A stretch of 64,000 nucleotides of DNA. Origin: an uncultured Erysipelotrichaceae bacterium (GTDB taxonomy: Bacteria > Bacillota_I > Bacilli_A > RF39 > UBA660). The first letter of the stretch is position 1. Each line of letters starts with the position of its first letter. Below, piece by piece: positions 27,506 through 37,141 of this stretch. A program made the position numbers and the translations under genes. The stretch lies in contig CACXGO010000029.1 of NCBI GenBank assembly GCA_902767245.1, positions 31,598 to 95,597 of the forward strand, in the 5' to 3' direction. Below the pieces are notes generated by a model that was not told the DNA's origin, ran no database searches, and saw only the letters and a program-made list of their open reading frames with translations.

Positions 27506-28237
27506 TTATAAATTTTTTAAAGTTCTAATAAACTCTTTCGATTTTAAATAAAGACCTGTATATCGATCATAATAATCATCTAAAAAGTCATTTATTTCAT
27601 TCTTTATTTTATCACTAACATTTATTTTTTCTAAAGATTCAATATCTACATAATAGTAAGCCCTAATTAATTTTAAAGCTTTCTCACTAACAATTTTATC
27701 ATTATGATAGCAATTTTTACAAAGAAATCCTCCTGCTGATGCTGATAAGGTTAAAATATTCACCTTCGAACCACAGATGGCACAACTATCAATAACTGGC
27801 ATAACACCTAAAAAATCTAAATATTTTAGTTCTAAAATATTCATAATTACAAGACCATCATAACCATTATTTATTTTTAAAATTGCTTGAATTACTAAAT
27901 CATAAACTTTTTCATTAAAATGTTCTTTAGAAACTTGTTCTGCAAGTTCTAATATATAACTCACATAACTAATTTTATTAATATCAGTTTTTACATTTTT
28001 TAAGCTATTAATTATTGTTGCATTTATTAGTGTTGATATTTTATTTTCTTTATACTGAATATTAAACTTAGCATAAGTTAGCTTTTCTGAAACGACTCTA
28101 AGATCACTTTTAAGTCTCTTAGCTCCTTTTGCCATAACATTTATAAGTCCATATTCACGAGTCAAAATTGTAAGAAGTTTACTAGTTTCCGAATATGGTC
28201 TCTCACAAATAATAATTCCTTCTACTTCTTTGATAAT
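27506..28237 (-). CDS. recO: DNA repair protein RecO; inferred ATT (or ATA/ATC) start
   Basis: C4 zinc finger CAICGS...CKNC. The conserved N-terminal OB strand (I)IKEVEGIIICERPYSETSKLLTILTREYG is encoded in frame upstream of the track TTG start. Only ATA-ATT-ATC lie between the upstream TAG and IKEVEG. AGGAAA RBS is 4-7 nt upstream. Confidence 0.7.
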   Translation of the reverse strand: MIKEVEGIIICERPYSETSKLLTILTREYGLINVMAKGAKRLKSDLRVVSEKLTYAKFNIQYKENKISTLINATIINSLKNVKTDINKISYVSYILELAEQVSKEHFNEKVYDLVIQAILKINNGYDGLVIMNILELKYLDFLGVMPVIDSCAICGSKVNILTLSASAGGFLCKNCYHNDKIVSEKALKLIRAYYYVDIESLEKINVSDKIKNEINDFLDDYYDRYTGLYLKSKEFIRTLKNL

Positions 28238-28323
28238 TATTTCCTACTTTCTTTTTTCCATTTTAAATAATATTCAATTTTTCCAGTGTTTTTAAATAAA
28301 TCCCATAAAAGTTCTTTATCCAT
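28237..28323 (-). CDS. yqzL: YqzL-family small protein (28 aa); not in the ORF track
   Basis: MDKELLWDLFKNTGKIEYYLKWKKESRK lies between era and recO, exactly where Bacillus yqzL sits; its stop overlaps the recO start. Confidence 0.45.
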   Translation of the reverse strand: MDKELLWDLFKNTGKIEYYLKWKKESRK

Positions 28324-28362
28324 ACTTATCACCTAATATATATTATGCAACAAATAAACTTT

Positions 28363-29253
28363 TTATTCATTTTTAAAATCATCGTATCCAAATTCTTGTA
28401 AATAGACTTCTTTATCGCGCCATTTTGGTACTACTTTAACAAATAAATTTAAATAAATTTTACTTCCTAATAATGCTTCAATATCTTTTCTTGAATCAAT
28501 TCCTATTTGTTTAATCATTGAACCATGCGACCCAACAACAATTTTTTTAACAGCTGGACGATCAACAACAATTTGAATGCTTATAACATAACTATTATTT
28601 GACTTTTCAAACCCTTCAACTAAGCAAGAAACAGAATGTGGAATTTCCTTTTCAGTCAAATCAAATATTTTTTCACGAACAATTTCACTTATTAAAAACT
28701 TAACACTTTTTGTTGTGTATTCATCTTTTTCATAATATAAAGGCCCTTCATTTAAAATATCTTTGATTACTTTTAAAAGTCTTTTTATATTATCATCTCT
28801 TAGTGCTGAAACTGGTACAATTGCTTCAAAATCATATTTATTACGAACATCGTCAATTTTTAAATATAGCTCTTCTTTAGTTAATAAATCTATTTTATTT
28901 ATGACCAAAATAATTGGTTTTCCTGTTTTCTTTAATCGCTCTAAAACAAATTCATCACCACGTCCCCAAGCTTCGTTGGCTGAAATTAAGAATAGCAAAA
29001 CATCATTGTCTTCAATTGTATAATAAGCTTGCTTATTTAAATATGTACCAAGCTTATGATTTGGTTTATGAATACCTGGGGTATCAACAAATACTATTTG
29101 TGCTTCATCATCATTGTATATACCTTTAATAATGTTTCTTGTCGTTTGTGGTTTTTTAGAAACAATTGCGATTTTTTCACCAATTATAGTATTAATTAAA
29201 GTTGATTTGCCAACATTTGGTCTACCTATTAATCCAACAAAACCACTTTTCAT
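28363..29253 (-). CDS. era: GTPase Era
   Basis: GRPNVGKST, DTPG and NKID G-motifs; C-terminal KH domain. Confidence 0.9.
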   Translation of the reverse strand: MKSGFVGLIGRPNVGKSTLINTIIGEKIAIVSKKPQTTRNIIKGIYNDDEAQIVFVDTPGIHKPNHKLGTYLNKQAYYTIEDNDVLLFLISANEAWGRGDEFVLERLKKTGKPIILVINKIDLLTKEELYLKIDDVRNKYDFEAIVPVSALRDDNIKRLLKVIKDILNEGPLYYEKDEYTTKSVKFLISEIVREKIFDLTEKEIPHSVSCLVEGFEKSNNSYVISIQIVVDRPAVKKIVVGSHGSMIKQIGIDSRKDIEALLGSKIYLNLFVKVVPKWRDKEVYLQEFGYDDFKNE

Positions 29254-29633
29254 TTTAAGTCCTCACTTGTAAATGGAAATGGGCATAACTCTTTTACAGT
29301 ATGAACTTCCATATTACCACTTTTATCTACCGAAATAATTTCTTTTTCTGGTTCAAAAAACTCTAAAATTACTTGGCGACATGCCATACATGGATAACCT
29401 ATTTCACCATTTTCAAGCATAACATATAATTTTAAAAAATCACCTTTTTTATAACCATTTGCAACTGCTGTGGCAATAGCGTTACGTTCAGCACAAATGC
29501 TTGTGTAATTGGCGTTTTCAACATTAACACCACCAAATAATTTGTGATCAGTAGTTTCAACTACAGCTGCTACTTTAAATTTTGAATATGGCGCATATGA
29601 ATTGTTTAATAATCTTTCTAATACTTCTTTCAT
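29250..29633 (-). CDS. cdd: Cytidine deaminase
   Basis: CAERNA and PCMACRQ zinc-binding motifs. Confidence 0.85.
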   Translation of the reverse strand: MKEVLERLLNNSYAPYSKFKVAAVVETTDHKLFGGVNVENANYTSICAERNAIATAVANGYKKGDFLKLYVMLENGEIGYPCMACRQVILEFFEPEKEIISVDKSGNMEVHTVKELCPFPFTSEDLK

Positions 29634-30085
29634 ATTACTTCCCTCTTAATTCCATAACTATCTAATATTTTATCTTGCAAATCAAACATTATTTTTTCGT
29701 CTTCTTTTTTCATATGATCATAACCTAATAAATGTAAAAGCCCGTGAACTGCTAAAAATGATAATTCTCTTTTTAAACTATGACCATATTCTTCTGCTTG
29801 ACTTCTTGCTTTATCAATTGAAATATAAACATCCCCTAGGATTCTTACATCTTCAAATTCTATATCTTTATGATCCTCTAAAGCAAATGTAATAACATCT
29901 GTTTCGCGATCAACTCCACGATATTTTTTATTCATCTCATGGATTTCCTCATTATCAATAATGATTATGTTAAATTCAGCATTATCAATTTTTAAATACT
30001 TTAAAGCATAGTCTAATAATCCTTCTAAAGTATTTAATTCTTCAATTTTTTCTTTTGTTTCATTAAAAATTTCAAAATTGTTCAT
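29630..30085 (-). CDS. ybeY: Endoribonuclease YbeY
   Basis: HGLLHLLGYDH metal-binding motif. Confidence 0.85.
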   Translation of the reverse strand: MNNFEIFNETKEKIEELNTLEGLLDYALKYLKIDNAEFNIIIIDNEEIHEMNKKYRGVDRETDVITFALEDHKDIEFEDVRILGDVYISIDKARSQAEEYGHSLKRELSFLAVHGLLHLLGYDHMKKEDEKIMFDLQDKILDSYGIKREVI

Positions 30086-30086
30086 A

Positions 30087-30686
30087 CTATACTCCCATAT
30101 ATATTACAAATAAAACCATCATTATAACTGCAACAATATTACAAAGTGGTTCTCTAATTTTTGCTATTTTTGTTTTATTTAAAATATAATTACCTAGTTT
30201 ATATAAATAATAACCTAAAATACCACCAACCAAATTTAAAATTATATCGTCAACATCAAATACACGACCTATTCGATATTGAATGATTTCTACCGCTAAT
30301 GATACAAATAATGAAAAAACAATCACATATTTAACTTTTCTTAATTTTGTAAAATAAGATAAATAGAAACCATATGGTAAAAATAACATAATATTACCTA
30401 ACACATTACGAATAAACATTCTACTTCCAATTTCAAAACGAAATATTTCTTTAAATGGAATCAAATTAGCTGTTGACCAATCAACATCAGCAAATGTAAG
30501 TACATAAAAGAAACACATTAAATAAAATATAAATATTAAATTTAATATTTCTTTATATAAAACAATTTTTTTCTTTTTAGAAATAAAACTAAAAAATCGT
30601 ATTGAAAATAATATTGTAATTAAAATAAGCAAAGATGGCCATATACTACTGATTACCGCTTTTATTGTCTCCTTGTACATTGTCAA
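30087..30686 (-). CDS. VanZ-like family membrane protein
   Basis: Four TM helices with VanZ-like conserved residues (GNIMLFLPYG, RVFDVDDIILNLVGG). Confidence 0.55.
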   Translation of the reverse strand: MTMYKETIKAVISSIWPSLLILITILFSIRFFSFISKKKKIVLYKEILNLIFIFYLMCFFYVLTFADVDWSTANLIPFKEIFRFEIGSRMFIRNVLGNIMLFLPYGFYLSYFTKLRKVKYVIVFSLFVSLAVEIIQYRIGRVFDVDDIILNLVGGILGYYLYKLGNYILNKTKIAKIREPLCNIVAVIMMVLFVIYMGV

Positions 30687-31797
30687 CCTCTATTCTTTTT
30701 TCTTCTGAAATATCTTCATATGTTGTAATTAAGACTTCTACTATTATTTTACTATCTTTTACATCAACTTTCAATTGCTTTTCAGAAATTATTGTTTCAT
30801 CTTCTTTTAATTTCTTTTTAATTTTTTCTTTAGCTTTTGAAATTGCTCTGTTTATTCCCTCTTCAACTGTCAAAATATGGTCAACTAAATGCACTTCTTT
30901 TACATTATCATAAGATAAATAAAAAGGTAATAAATTATGTTTAAATATAATATTTTCTTTAATTTCATTATTTGGATATTTTTTATATAGTTCATAATTT
31001 TTATTAAAGAATTTAATTTTGAAGCCATTTTTACTATTTCCTTTAACTTCTTTGATTTTTTCATGCAATGATGCACTTACATTTATTTTATACCAAACAT
31101 TTGCATATATCTTACCACTTGCATGAATCATTTTTTTATCATTAATAATTCCTGTTATTAATGTATCACCTTTTTTTACATATGTTTCTTTTTCAGCAAC
31201 TATAATTCCATTACTTGCAATAATTTTTTTAACAAGACCATCAGTTTTCGCTACAATATCTACTGGCTCTTCATTTGATATTTTTTTATTTTCTATTCTT
31301 TCTTCAACTTTAACAATATACTTGACTCCAGATTCAATTATTTCAATCCATTCTAAATCATTTTTATTTTCATTTAAAATTTCTTTTTTTATGTTTTCTA
31401 GATTTTTTGGTTTTTTATTATATTTTTTTATCCCTTTTTCTTTTAAAATATTAGTTACTAGATTAGCAATGTTTTTATTATTTTCAATTAATTCTACTTC
31501 ATAAATATAATTTGTTATAACAATTAATAAACAAATATTAATAATAATTAAAACAAATAAATGAATATTTTTATTTAAAATTGCTTTAAATTCGTTTATT
31601 CCATATCTTTTTATAATTTCAATTTCATATATTCCTTTTAATTTTATTAATTTATCAAAATCTTGCTCATAAATTAAAATCTCTACTTCATTGTTATTTT
31701 TAATATTAATATTCAAACATGTAATTTTATTTCTTTCCAATTTAATCAAAAAATTTTTAACATTCTTACCAATTACTTTGATCAAGCATCGATTCAT
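30646..31797 (-). CDS. yqfD: Sporulation protein YqfD-like
   Basis: 383 aa with a central TM helix; position downstream of the yqfC-like gene and upstream of ybeY/era as in Bacillus. Confidence 0.55.
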   Translation of the reverse strand: MNRCLIKVIGKNVKNFLIKLERNKITCLNINIKNNNEVEILIYEQDFDKLIKLKGIYEIEIIKRYGINEFKAILNKNIHLFVLIIINICLLIVITNYIYEVELIENNKNIANLVTNILKEKGIKKYNKKPKNLENIKKEILNENKNDLEWIEIIESGVKYIVKVEERIENKKISNEEPVDIVAKTDGLVKKIIASNGIIVAEKETYVKKGDTLITGIINDKKMIHASGKIYANVWYKINVSASLHEKIKEVKGNSKNGFKIKFFNKNYELYKKYPNNEIKENIIFKHNLLPFYLSYDNVKEVHLVDHILTVEEGINRAISKAKEKIKKKLKEDETIISEKQLKVDVKDSKIIVEVLITTYEDISEEKRIEVDNVQGDNKSGNQ

Positions 31798-32039
31798 GAA
31801 TCCACCAACTTTAATTCATTTATTTCACCAATAATTAATAGCTCATTATTTAAAAGACGTTTCAATTTTAGATTTTTTCCCTTTATTTTTAATATATTGT
31901 TTGGTACTAAAACATCTATTTTTTCATCTTCTAAAATAATGATTTTTATATAATTAATTATATTTAAATATTTTTTAGTATACACAATTTTAAAATCTGA
32001 ATTATTTATATAATTTCTTAATTCTTGATACATACTCAT
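31794..32039 (-). CDS. yqfC: Sporulation protein YqfC-like
   Basis: 81 aa, overlaps the start of yqfD; conserved synteny. Confidence 0.45.
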   Translation of the reverse strand: MSMYQELRNYINNSDFKIVYTKKYLNIINYIKIIILEDEKIDVLVPNNILKIKGKNLKLKRLLNNELLIIGEINELKLVDS

Positions 32040-32108
32040 AAAGTATCACCTAAATAATTTTATTATTTTTTTTAATTTTTTTTACAAAAAAATAATACTT
32101 AAGTATTA

Positions 32109-32339
32109 TTAATCAATTACTACTAAATCACCACCATATTTAACATCATATTCATCAAGAAGATCATAAATAGAATCTTTATTATCAATCATTTTTAAAT
32201 TAACAACAATATTATTGATATTATATTCGCTTATAAAATAATAAAGTTTCTTTTTAAATCTTTTTACATTATCTTTTGAAGCATTTCCACTTAATGTTAC
32301 ATATAATGCTTTCTTTCGATACTCTAAATAAATATTCAT
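32109..32339 (-). CDS. Small hypothetical protein (possible STAS-like fold)
   Basis: 76 aa ORF only; weak resemblance to anti-anti-sigma/STAS proteins. Confidence 0.3.
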   Translation of the reverse strand: MNIYLEYRKKALYVTLSGNASKDNVKRFKKKLYYFISEYNINNIVVNLKMIDNKDSIYDLLDEYDVKYGGDLVVID

Positions 32340-32442
32340 TTTTAATCACCATGTTAATAATAACGAATAATTTTTATTTTTTAAACAAGTTCGACAAAAT
32401 TAGAAAAAATTAGAACATTTTTTACAATATATTATTCTTGAG

Positions 32443-33462
32443 GTGATAAAAATGATTAAATTTAGTTTGCTATTATCTAAACTTATTAATAGCAAAAAAT
32501 TATTAAAAGCTTTAAACAAAAATATTTATAACGAAATAAATTATTCTAAAAACAAAGTTATGATTATTGATGACAATTTAGATTTCAATTTTTTGAATAA
32601 TTTATTTAATAGCTGTTCTTTCTCCTTCCAAGCTTTTAAAATCGATTCATATGATGACTTAGATGAGTTTATCTTAAACACTGCCGATAATTATGGAAAC
32701 ATTAATAAAGATTTTTTATTTTTTAAAGTTTCTGCTAAAAATATCAAAAAATTTGGTTCAATTATTAAACCAAACTATATTTTAATAAATGAATCAAGTG
32801 AATTATTAGATGAACTTGAAGTTAAAGAAGTTTTTGATGAAGCATTATTAATATTTTCGGATAAATATGATTTAAGAGGGCTTAAATACAGCATAAGTAA
32901 CAAAAATGCTGATATTTATATTACAAATATTGACTACATCAAAGAAAATATTACAATTAATGATACTTATGTGATAAATGTAAATCAAACTAATCCTTTA
33001 TACTTAGACGAAGTCCTAATGTTTTTTACTTTCCTAAAAGAAATAAATGAAGATGTTGAAATATTTAATAGAATTAACAATAAACTTTTTACTTGGGAAG
33101 ATAAAAAAATATATATAGATATTTCTAAAAATAATTTTAATGACACAATTAAATTTATTTCAAGATATACTGACTATAAAGTAGTTGTCATTGGATGGAA
33201 GAATGCTTATGAAGATATTTCATGGCTTTATAATGCTGAATTTGAACGTTTCATTAATAAAAATATCCAAAAAATATACTGCATAGGTCCAAATGCTTTT
33301 GATATTGCAACAAGAATTAAATATGCCGATTTAAACGAAAAAATTATAATACCTTCATCTAACATTGATGTCATCTTAGAAGAAATAAAAAGCTACAATT
33401 TAAATCTTTATATTCTAACAGATGAATATTATAAAAATATTATAAAAGGAGTGAAAGAATGA
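32443..33462 (+). CDS. MurT-like protein (C-terminal DUF1727 domain present, Mur-ligase P-loop and zinc ribbon absent); probable pseudoenzyme
   Basis: C-terminal VVVIGWKNAYEDISWLYNAEFERF matches the MurT signature (VISLNDNAADGRDTSWIYDADFEKL in S. aureus MurT). No GxxGK[ST] motif or Cys4 ribbon anywhere. Translationally coupled (ATGA overlap) to the GatD-like gene. Confidence 0.5.
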   Translation: MIKMIKFSLLLSKLINSKKLLKALNKNIYNEINYSKNKVMIIDDNLDFNFLNNLFNSCSFSFQAFKIDSYDDLDEFILNTADNYGNINKDFLFFKVSAKNIKKFGSIIKPNYILINESSELLDELEVKEVFDEALLIFSDKYDLRGLKYSISNKNADIYITNIDYIKENITINDTYVINVNQTNPLYLDEVLMFFTFLKEINEDVEIFNRINNKLFTWEDKKIYIDISKNNFNDTIKFISRYTDYKVVVIGWKNAYEDISWLYNAEFERFINKNIQKIYCIGPNAFDIATRIKYADLNEKIIIPSSNIDVILEEIKSYNLNLYILTDEYYKNIIKGVKE

Positions 33463-34187
33463 ATTTGACAATTGCTTACTTATACTATAATTTACTTAAT
33501 TTATATGGAGAAAATGGAAATATTAAAATACTAAAAAAGGCACTAGAAAATCAAGGAATAAATGTAATGATAAAATTTTTAGATGTAACCGATAAATTAG
33601 ATTTTAATAATTATGATTTAATTTATATGGGTTCCGGTAATTATGAGGCTTTAGAATTGATTATTAATGAATTAAAGAAGTATAAAAAAGATATAAAAAA
33701 ATATATTGAAAATAATAAATACTTTTTAATTACTGGGAATAGTATTGATATATTTGGTAAATATATTTTAAAAGATGGGAAAAAAATAAATGGTCTTGAT
33801 ATATTTGATTATTATATAAAAATTGAAGATATTAGTATTATTGATAAAGCCTTATTTAAAACAAAATTAATTGAGGAAAAAATAATTGGTTTTGAGAGAA
33901 GAAATAGTTTGATGTTCAATAATAATTATGATTTTTTTGATGTTATTGATGGTGCAAGTAAAAATATTTTAGTTGAAAAAGAAGGTGTAAAATATAAAAA
34001 TTTTTATGCCACTTATTTAATTGGGCCTTTTTTAATTAGAAATCCTTTCTTTTTAGAATATTTTATTAAATCTTTAGTTTTAAATAAAAATAAAGATTTT
34101 AAATTTAAGGAATTTAATTTAAATTTTGAAAAACAAGCATATAACAATTATTTAAGTTATAATTACGGCATTATAAAAAGCGAATAA
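33459..34187 (+). CDS. GatD-like class-I glutamine amidotransferase homolog lacking the catalytic Cys and His; probable pseudoenzyme
   Basis: LTIAYLYYNLLNLYGENGNIKIL... aligns closely with S. aureus GatD ([23 protein letters not shown]...). The catalytic LTICGGYQ is replaced by LITGNSID (Cys to Gly), and YLHGP by YLIGP (His to Ile). Confidence 0.6.
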   Translation: MNLTIAYLYYNLLNLYGENGNIKILKKALENQGINVMIKFLDVTDKLDFNNYDLIYMGSGNYEALELIINELKKYKKDIKKYIENNKYFLITGNSIDIFGKYILKDGKKINGLDIFDYYIKIEDISIIDKALFKTKLIEEKIIGFERRNSLMFNNNYDFFDVIDGASKNILVEKEGVKYKNFYATYLIGPFLIRNPFFLEYFIKSLVLNKNKDFKFKEFNLNFEKQAYNNYLSYNYGIIKSE

Positions 34188-34700
34188 TTAATTCGCTTTT
34201 ATTTTACCAAAACGATTAAAAGGAAAAAGTGAAAATTTTACTTTCCCTTTTATTTCATCTTTTGGAATTAATCCTAGAATTCTACTATCTGATGAATCGC
34301 CACGATTATCGCCCACTAAAAAATAATAATTTTCAGGGATTTCTAAATAACCTAATTTTGCCAGTGAAAAGTCTGCTGTTTCTACATCAATAAAGTTTTC
34401 TTTTACTTCCTTTTTATTAATATATAATTTTGAATCTTTGTATTCAACATATTCACCAGGAAGACCAATTACTCTTTTTACCAAATGTTCTTTAGTTCCA
34501 TTTACTTTATGATCTGCGACTACAATATCAAACCTTTTATAGTTTTTATCAAGTTTATACAAAATAAGAATTTGATTATCAACTAAATTAGGTATCATTG
34601 AACTTCCATCGACAATTACTGGGGTTGCTATAAATGTTCGAATCAAAACAATTACAACAATTATTAAAATATATGATATCCACTCTTTATACTTTTTCAT
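34188..34700 (-). CDS. lepB: Signal peptidase I
   Basis: GSSMIP (Ser), KRVIGLPGE (Lys) and GDNRGDSSDSR boxes; N-terminal TM. Confidence 0.85.
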   Translation of the reverse strand: MKKYKEWISYILIIVVIVLIRTFIATPVIVDGSSMIPNLVDNQILILYKLDKNYKRFDIVVADHKVNGTKEHLVKRVIGLPGEYVEYKDSKLYINKKEVKENFIDVETADFSLAKLGYLEIPENYYFLVGDNRGDSSDSRILGLIPKDEIKGKVKFSLFPFNRFGKIKAN

Positions 34701-34730
34701 AAATATACGAAAAATAAGGCATAAGCCTTA

Positions 34731-35069
34731 TTAATTTCCTTCCTTAATTTTTGCTTCACTATCTAAAGATCTTAGGTAATTTAATTTAGCTCTTCTAACA
34801 CTACCTTTACGAATTACTTTAATTGAATCAATTAAAGGTGAATTTACTGGGAATACTCTTTCTACACCAATATTTCCACTTTGATGTCTTACTGTAAATG
34901 TTTTTGATACTCCAGAGCCTTTGATAGCAATGACAATTCCTTCATAATTTTGAACTCTTTCACGCTTACCTTCTTTGATTTTGTAACCAACTTCAACAGT
35001 ATAGCCAACTCTGAATTCAGGAATGTCAGTTCTTATTTGAGTTTTAGTAATTTTTTCTACTAAATTCAT
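34731..35069 (-). CDS. rplS: 50S ribosomal protein L19
   Basis: MNLVEKITKTQIRTDIPEFRVGYTVEV... Confidence 0.9.
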   Translation of the reverse strand: MNLVEKITKTQIRTDIPEFRVGYTVEVGYKIKEGKRERVQNYEGIVIAIKGSGVSKTFTVRHQSGNIGVERVFPVNSPLIDSIKVIRKGSVRRAKLNYLRSLDSEAKIKEGN

Positions 35070-35179
35070 GATGTCACTCTCCTAACTTTAAATCTATGAT
35101 CATAAAATTCTTTTCAGCTTTTCATCGGATCACGACAACAATAATATTAACAAATTAACCGTTATTTGTCAAGCAAAAG

Positions 35180-35950
35180 TTACTTGCTTCTTGCGTAAGT
35201 CGATTCAAACTCTGCTCTTCTTATATGTCTCCAATAAATTTCGTTAATATTAAAAATTCCCATACCTTTTAATATTTCATACTTTCTATCAATATATTTT
35301 CCTACTTTATTTACAAATTCATCAGAATTTGGATTCATCATATATTCTGCAAAAACTTCAGCAATAAATTCTTCCAAAGTTATTGAATATCTTGAAAATT
35401 CAGTATACATAGATTCATATGGATATTTTTCGTGTATTATTTTCAAAAAATTTGGATCTTTTCTTAATCTTAAAATAAAATCAAAAATATGTCCGATTTC
35501 ATGATAAACAGAGCTTTTAAAAGTTGTACAACTTTGTGGATGAAGGCCTCTTTTTGCATCATTACAAGTGACCTCATCTACTTCTTTGAGCGTTTTACCA
35601 ACCAAATTTTTAGAATATGAAAGTCCAATAAAATTATTATGCGTTTTTCTATTTAATAAACTCCATATTATAAACATGTCGGATTCTGATTCAGTTACCA
35701 TTTCTTCATAATAATTTTCGGCAAGAGAAAAATGTGCTTTTAAATCTTCAAAATTTCCTATTGAACAAAAAACATTTCTTAATTCTGGATATTTTTTATA
35801 AGCATATATTAAGGCTTCAAGCATTTCATTGATTACTAGTGGATCTAAGCCTTCAAAATTAACATTTGGGATATTTAAATACTTCTTAGCATAATCTTCA
35901 TAATGTTTATGTACTTTAATTGCATCCATATTTTTCCTCTCCTCACTCAA
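35180..35950 (-). CDS. Hypothetical cytoplasmic protein with HExxH zinc-metallopeptidase-like motif
   Basis: HEIGH motif and a possible third ligand in AEYMMNP; no signal peptide. Confidence 0.35.
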   Translation of the reverse strand: MSEERKNMDAIKVHKHYEDYAKKYLNIPNVNFEGLDPLVINEMLEALIYAYKKYPELRNVFCSIGNFEDLKAHFSLAENYYEEMVTESESDMFIIWSLLNRKTHNNFIGLSYSKNLVGKTLKEVDEVTCNDAKRGLHPQSCTTFKSSVYHEIGHIFDFILRLRKDPNFLKIIHEKYPYESMYTEFSRYSITLEEFIAEVFAEYMMNPNSDEFVNKVGKYIDRKYEILKGMGIFNINEIYWRHIRRAEFESTYARSK

Positions 35951-35988
35951 AATCTATTATACTAAAAAAGAACATATTTGTATATGTT

Positions 35989-36468
35989 CTATCTGCTTTT
36001 TCTTGATTTTTCCTCTTTTAATTCACTTTCAATTTGTTTTTTATATTCACGCTTACTAATTTCAAATTGTTTTACTTTTAGTTCATGCTCTAAAAGTGCA
36101 AACTTTTGCATTAAAAGCTTTAAATATTTGTCATCTAAATAAGCTCTATAATTATTAATAATTATACTACGATAACGACTGATTTCATTTAAAGCTGCGC
36201 CTAAATGAGAAGCTGACTCTGATTCATCATCTGACTCAAGCAGCTTTATCATATACTCTAAATACAAATCCAATTTCTTTTTAATTTTCTTTTTCAATAC
36301 TTTTTCAACAAAAGTCGGTTTTACTAAAACTAATTTATTAACTTTAATACCTTCATATTGAACATGATTTTTAGGTTTAAAACCATAACCATTGTTTTTA
36401 CTATAATCAACATAAACAAGTTCATTTGTTTCTGTATTTTTAATCAAAAGATAATTGTTTTGTTTCAT
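35989..36468 (-). CDS. Hypothetical protein
   Basis: 159 aa ORF with a charged C-terminal coiled-coil-like region. Confidence 0.3.
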   Translation of the reverse strand: MKQNNYLLIKNTETNELVYVDYSKNNGYGFKPKNHVQYEGIKVNKLVLVKPTFVEKVLKKKIKKKLDLYLEYMIKLLESDDESESASHLGAALNEISRYRSIIINNYRAYLDDKYLKLLMQKFALLEHELKVKQFEISKREYKKQIESELKEEKSRKSR

Positions 36469-36472
36469 TTTA

Positions 36473-37141
36473 TCAATCCTTTTTCAACAAATCTGGGCGT
36501 CTTTCTAAAGTCCTTTTTTCACTTTGCTCTAAACGCCATTTTCTTATATTTTCATGATGCCCTGACAAAAGTACTTCTGGTACTTCCATTCCTCTAAAAT
36601 TTTGAGGTTTAGTATAAACCGGATAATCAAGTAAATTATTATTAAATGAATCATTTAAGTGTGATTCCTGGTCAATTACACCATCAATTAACCTTACAAT
36701 AGTATCGGTTATTACCATACTTGGTAGTTCGCCACCAGTTAAAATGTAATCACCAATGCTTATCTCAGCATCTGCAAGTGTACGAATGCGCTCATCAAAC
36801 CCTTCATAATGACCACAAATTATTATTATATGTTTTTCACAAGATAATTCATAAGCATATGATTGTTCAAATTTTTTTCCTTGTGGTGTCATTAAAAGTA
36901 TTTTGCTATCACTAGTTTTTAAATCATCAACCGCTCTAAAAATAGGTTCAGGCATTAAAACCATTCCTGCTCCGCCACCAAATTGATAATCATCTACTCG
37001 TTTATGTGGATCTAATGAATAATCTCTAAAATTATGAACATTGATTTCAACTTTTTTTTCTTCAATCGCTCTTTTTATAATTGATGTATTTAAAAAGCCA
37101 TCAAACATTTCAGGGAAAAGCGTTAATATATCAATTTTCAT
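36473..37141 (-). CDS. trmD: tRNA (guanine37-N1)-methyltransferase
   Basis: [13 protein letters not shown]...; SPOUT fold; canonical TrmD length. Confidence 0.9.
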   Translation of the reverse strand: MKIDILTLFPEMFDGFLNTSIIKRAIEEKKVEINVHNFRDYSLDPHKRVDDYQFGGGAGMVLMPEPIFRAVDDLKTSDSKILLMTPQGKKFEQSYAYELSCEKHIIIICGHYEGFDERIRTLADAEISIGDYILTGGELPSMVITDTIVRLIDGVIDQESHLNDSFNNNLLDYPVYTKPQNFRGMEVPEVLLSGHHENIRKWRLEQSEKRTLERRPDLLKKD

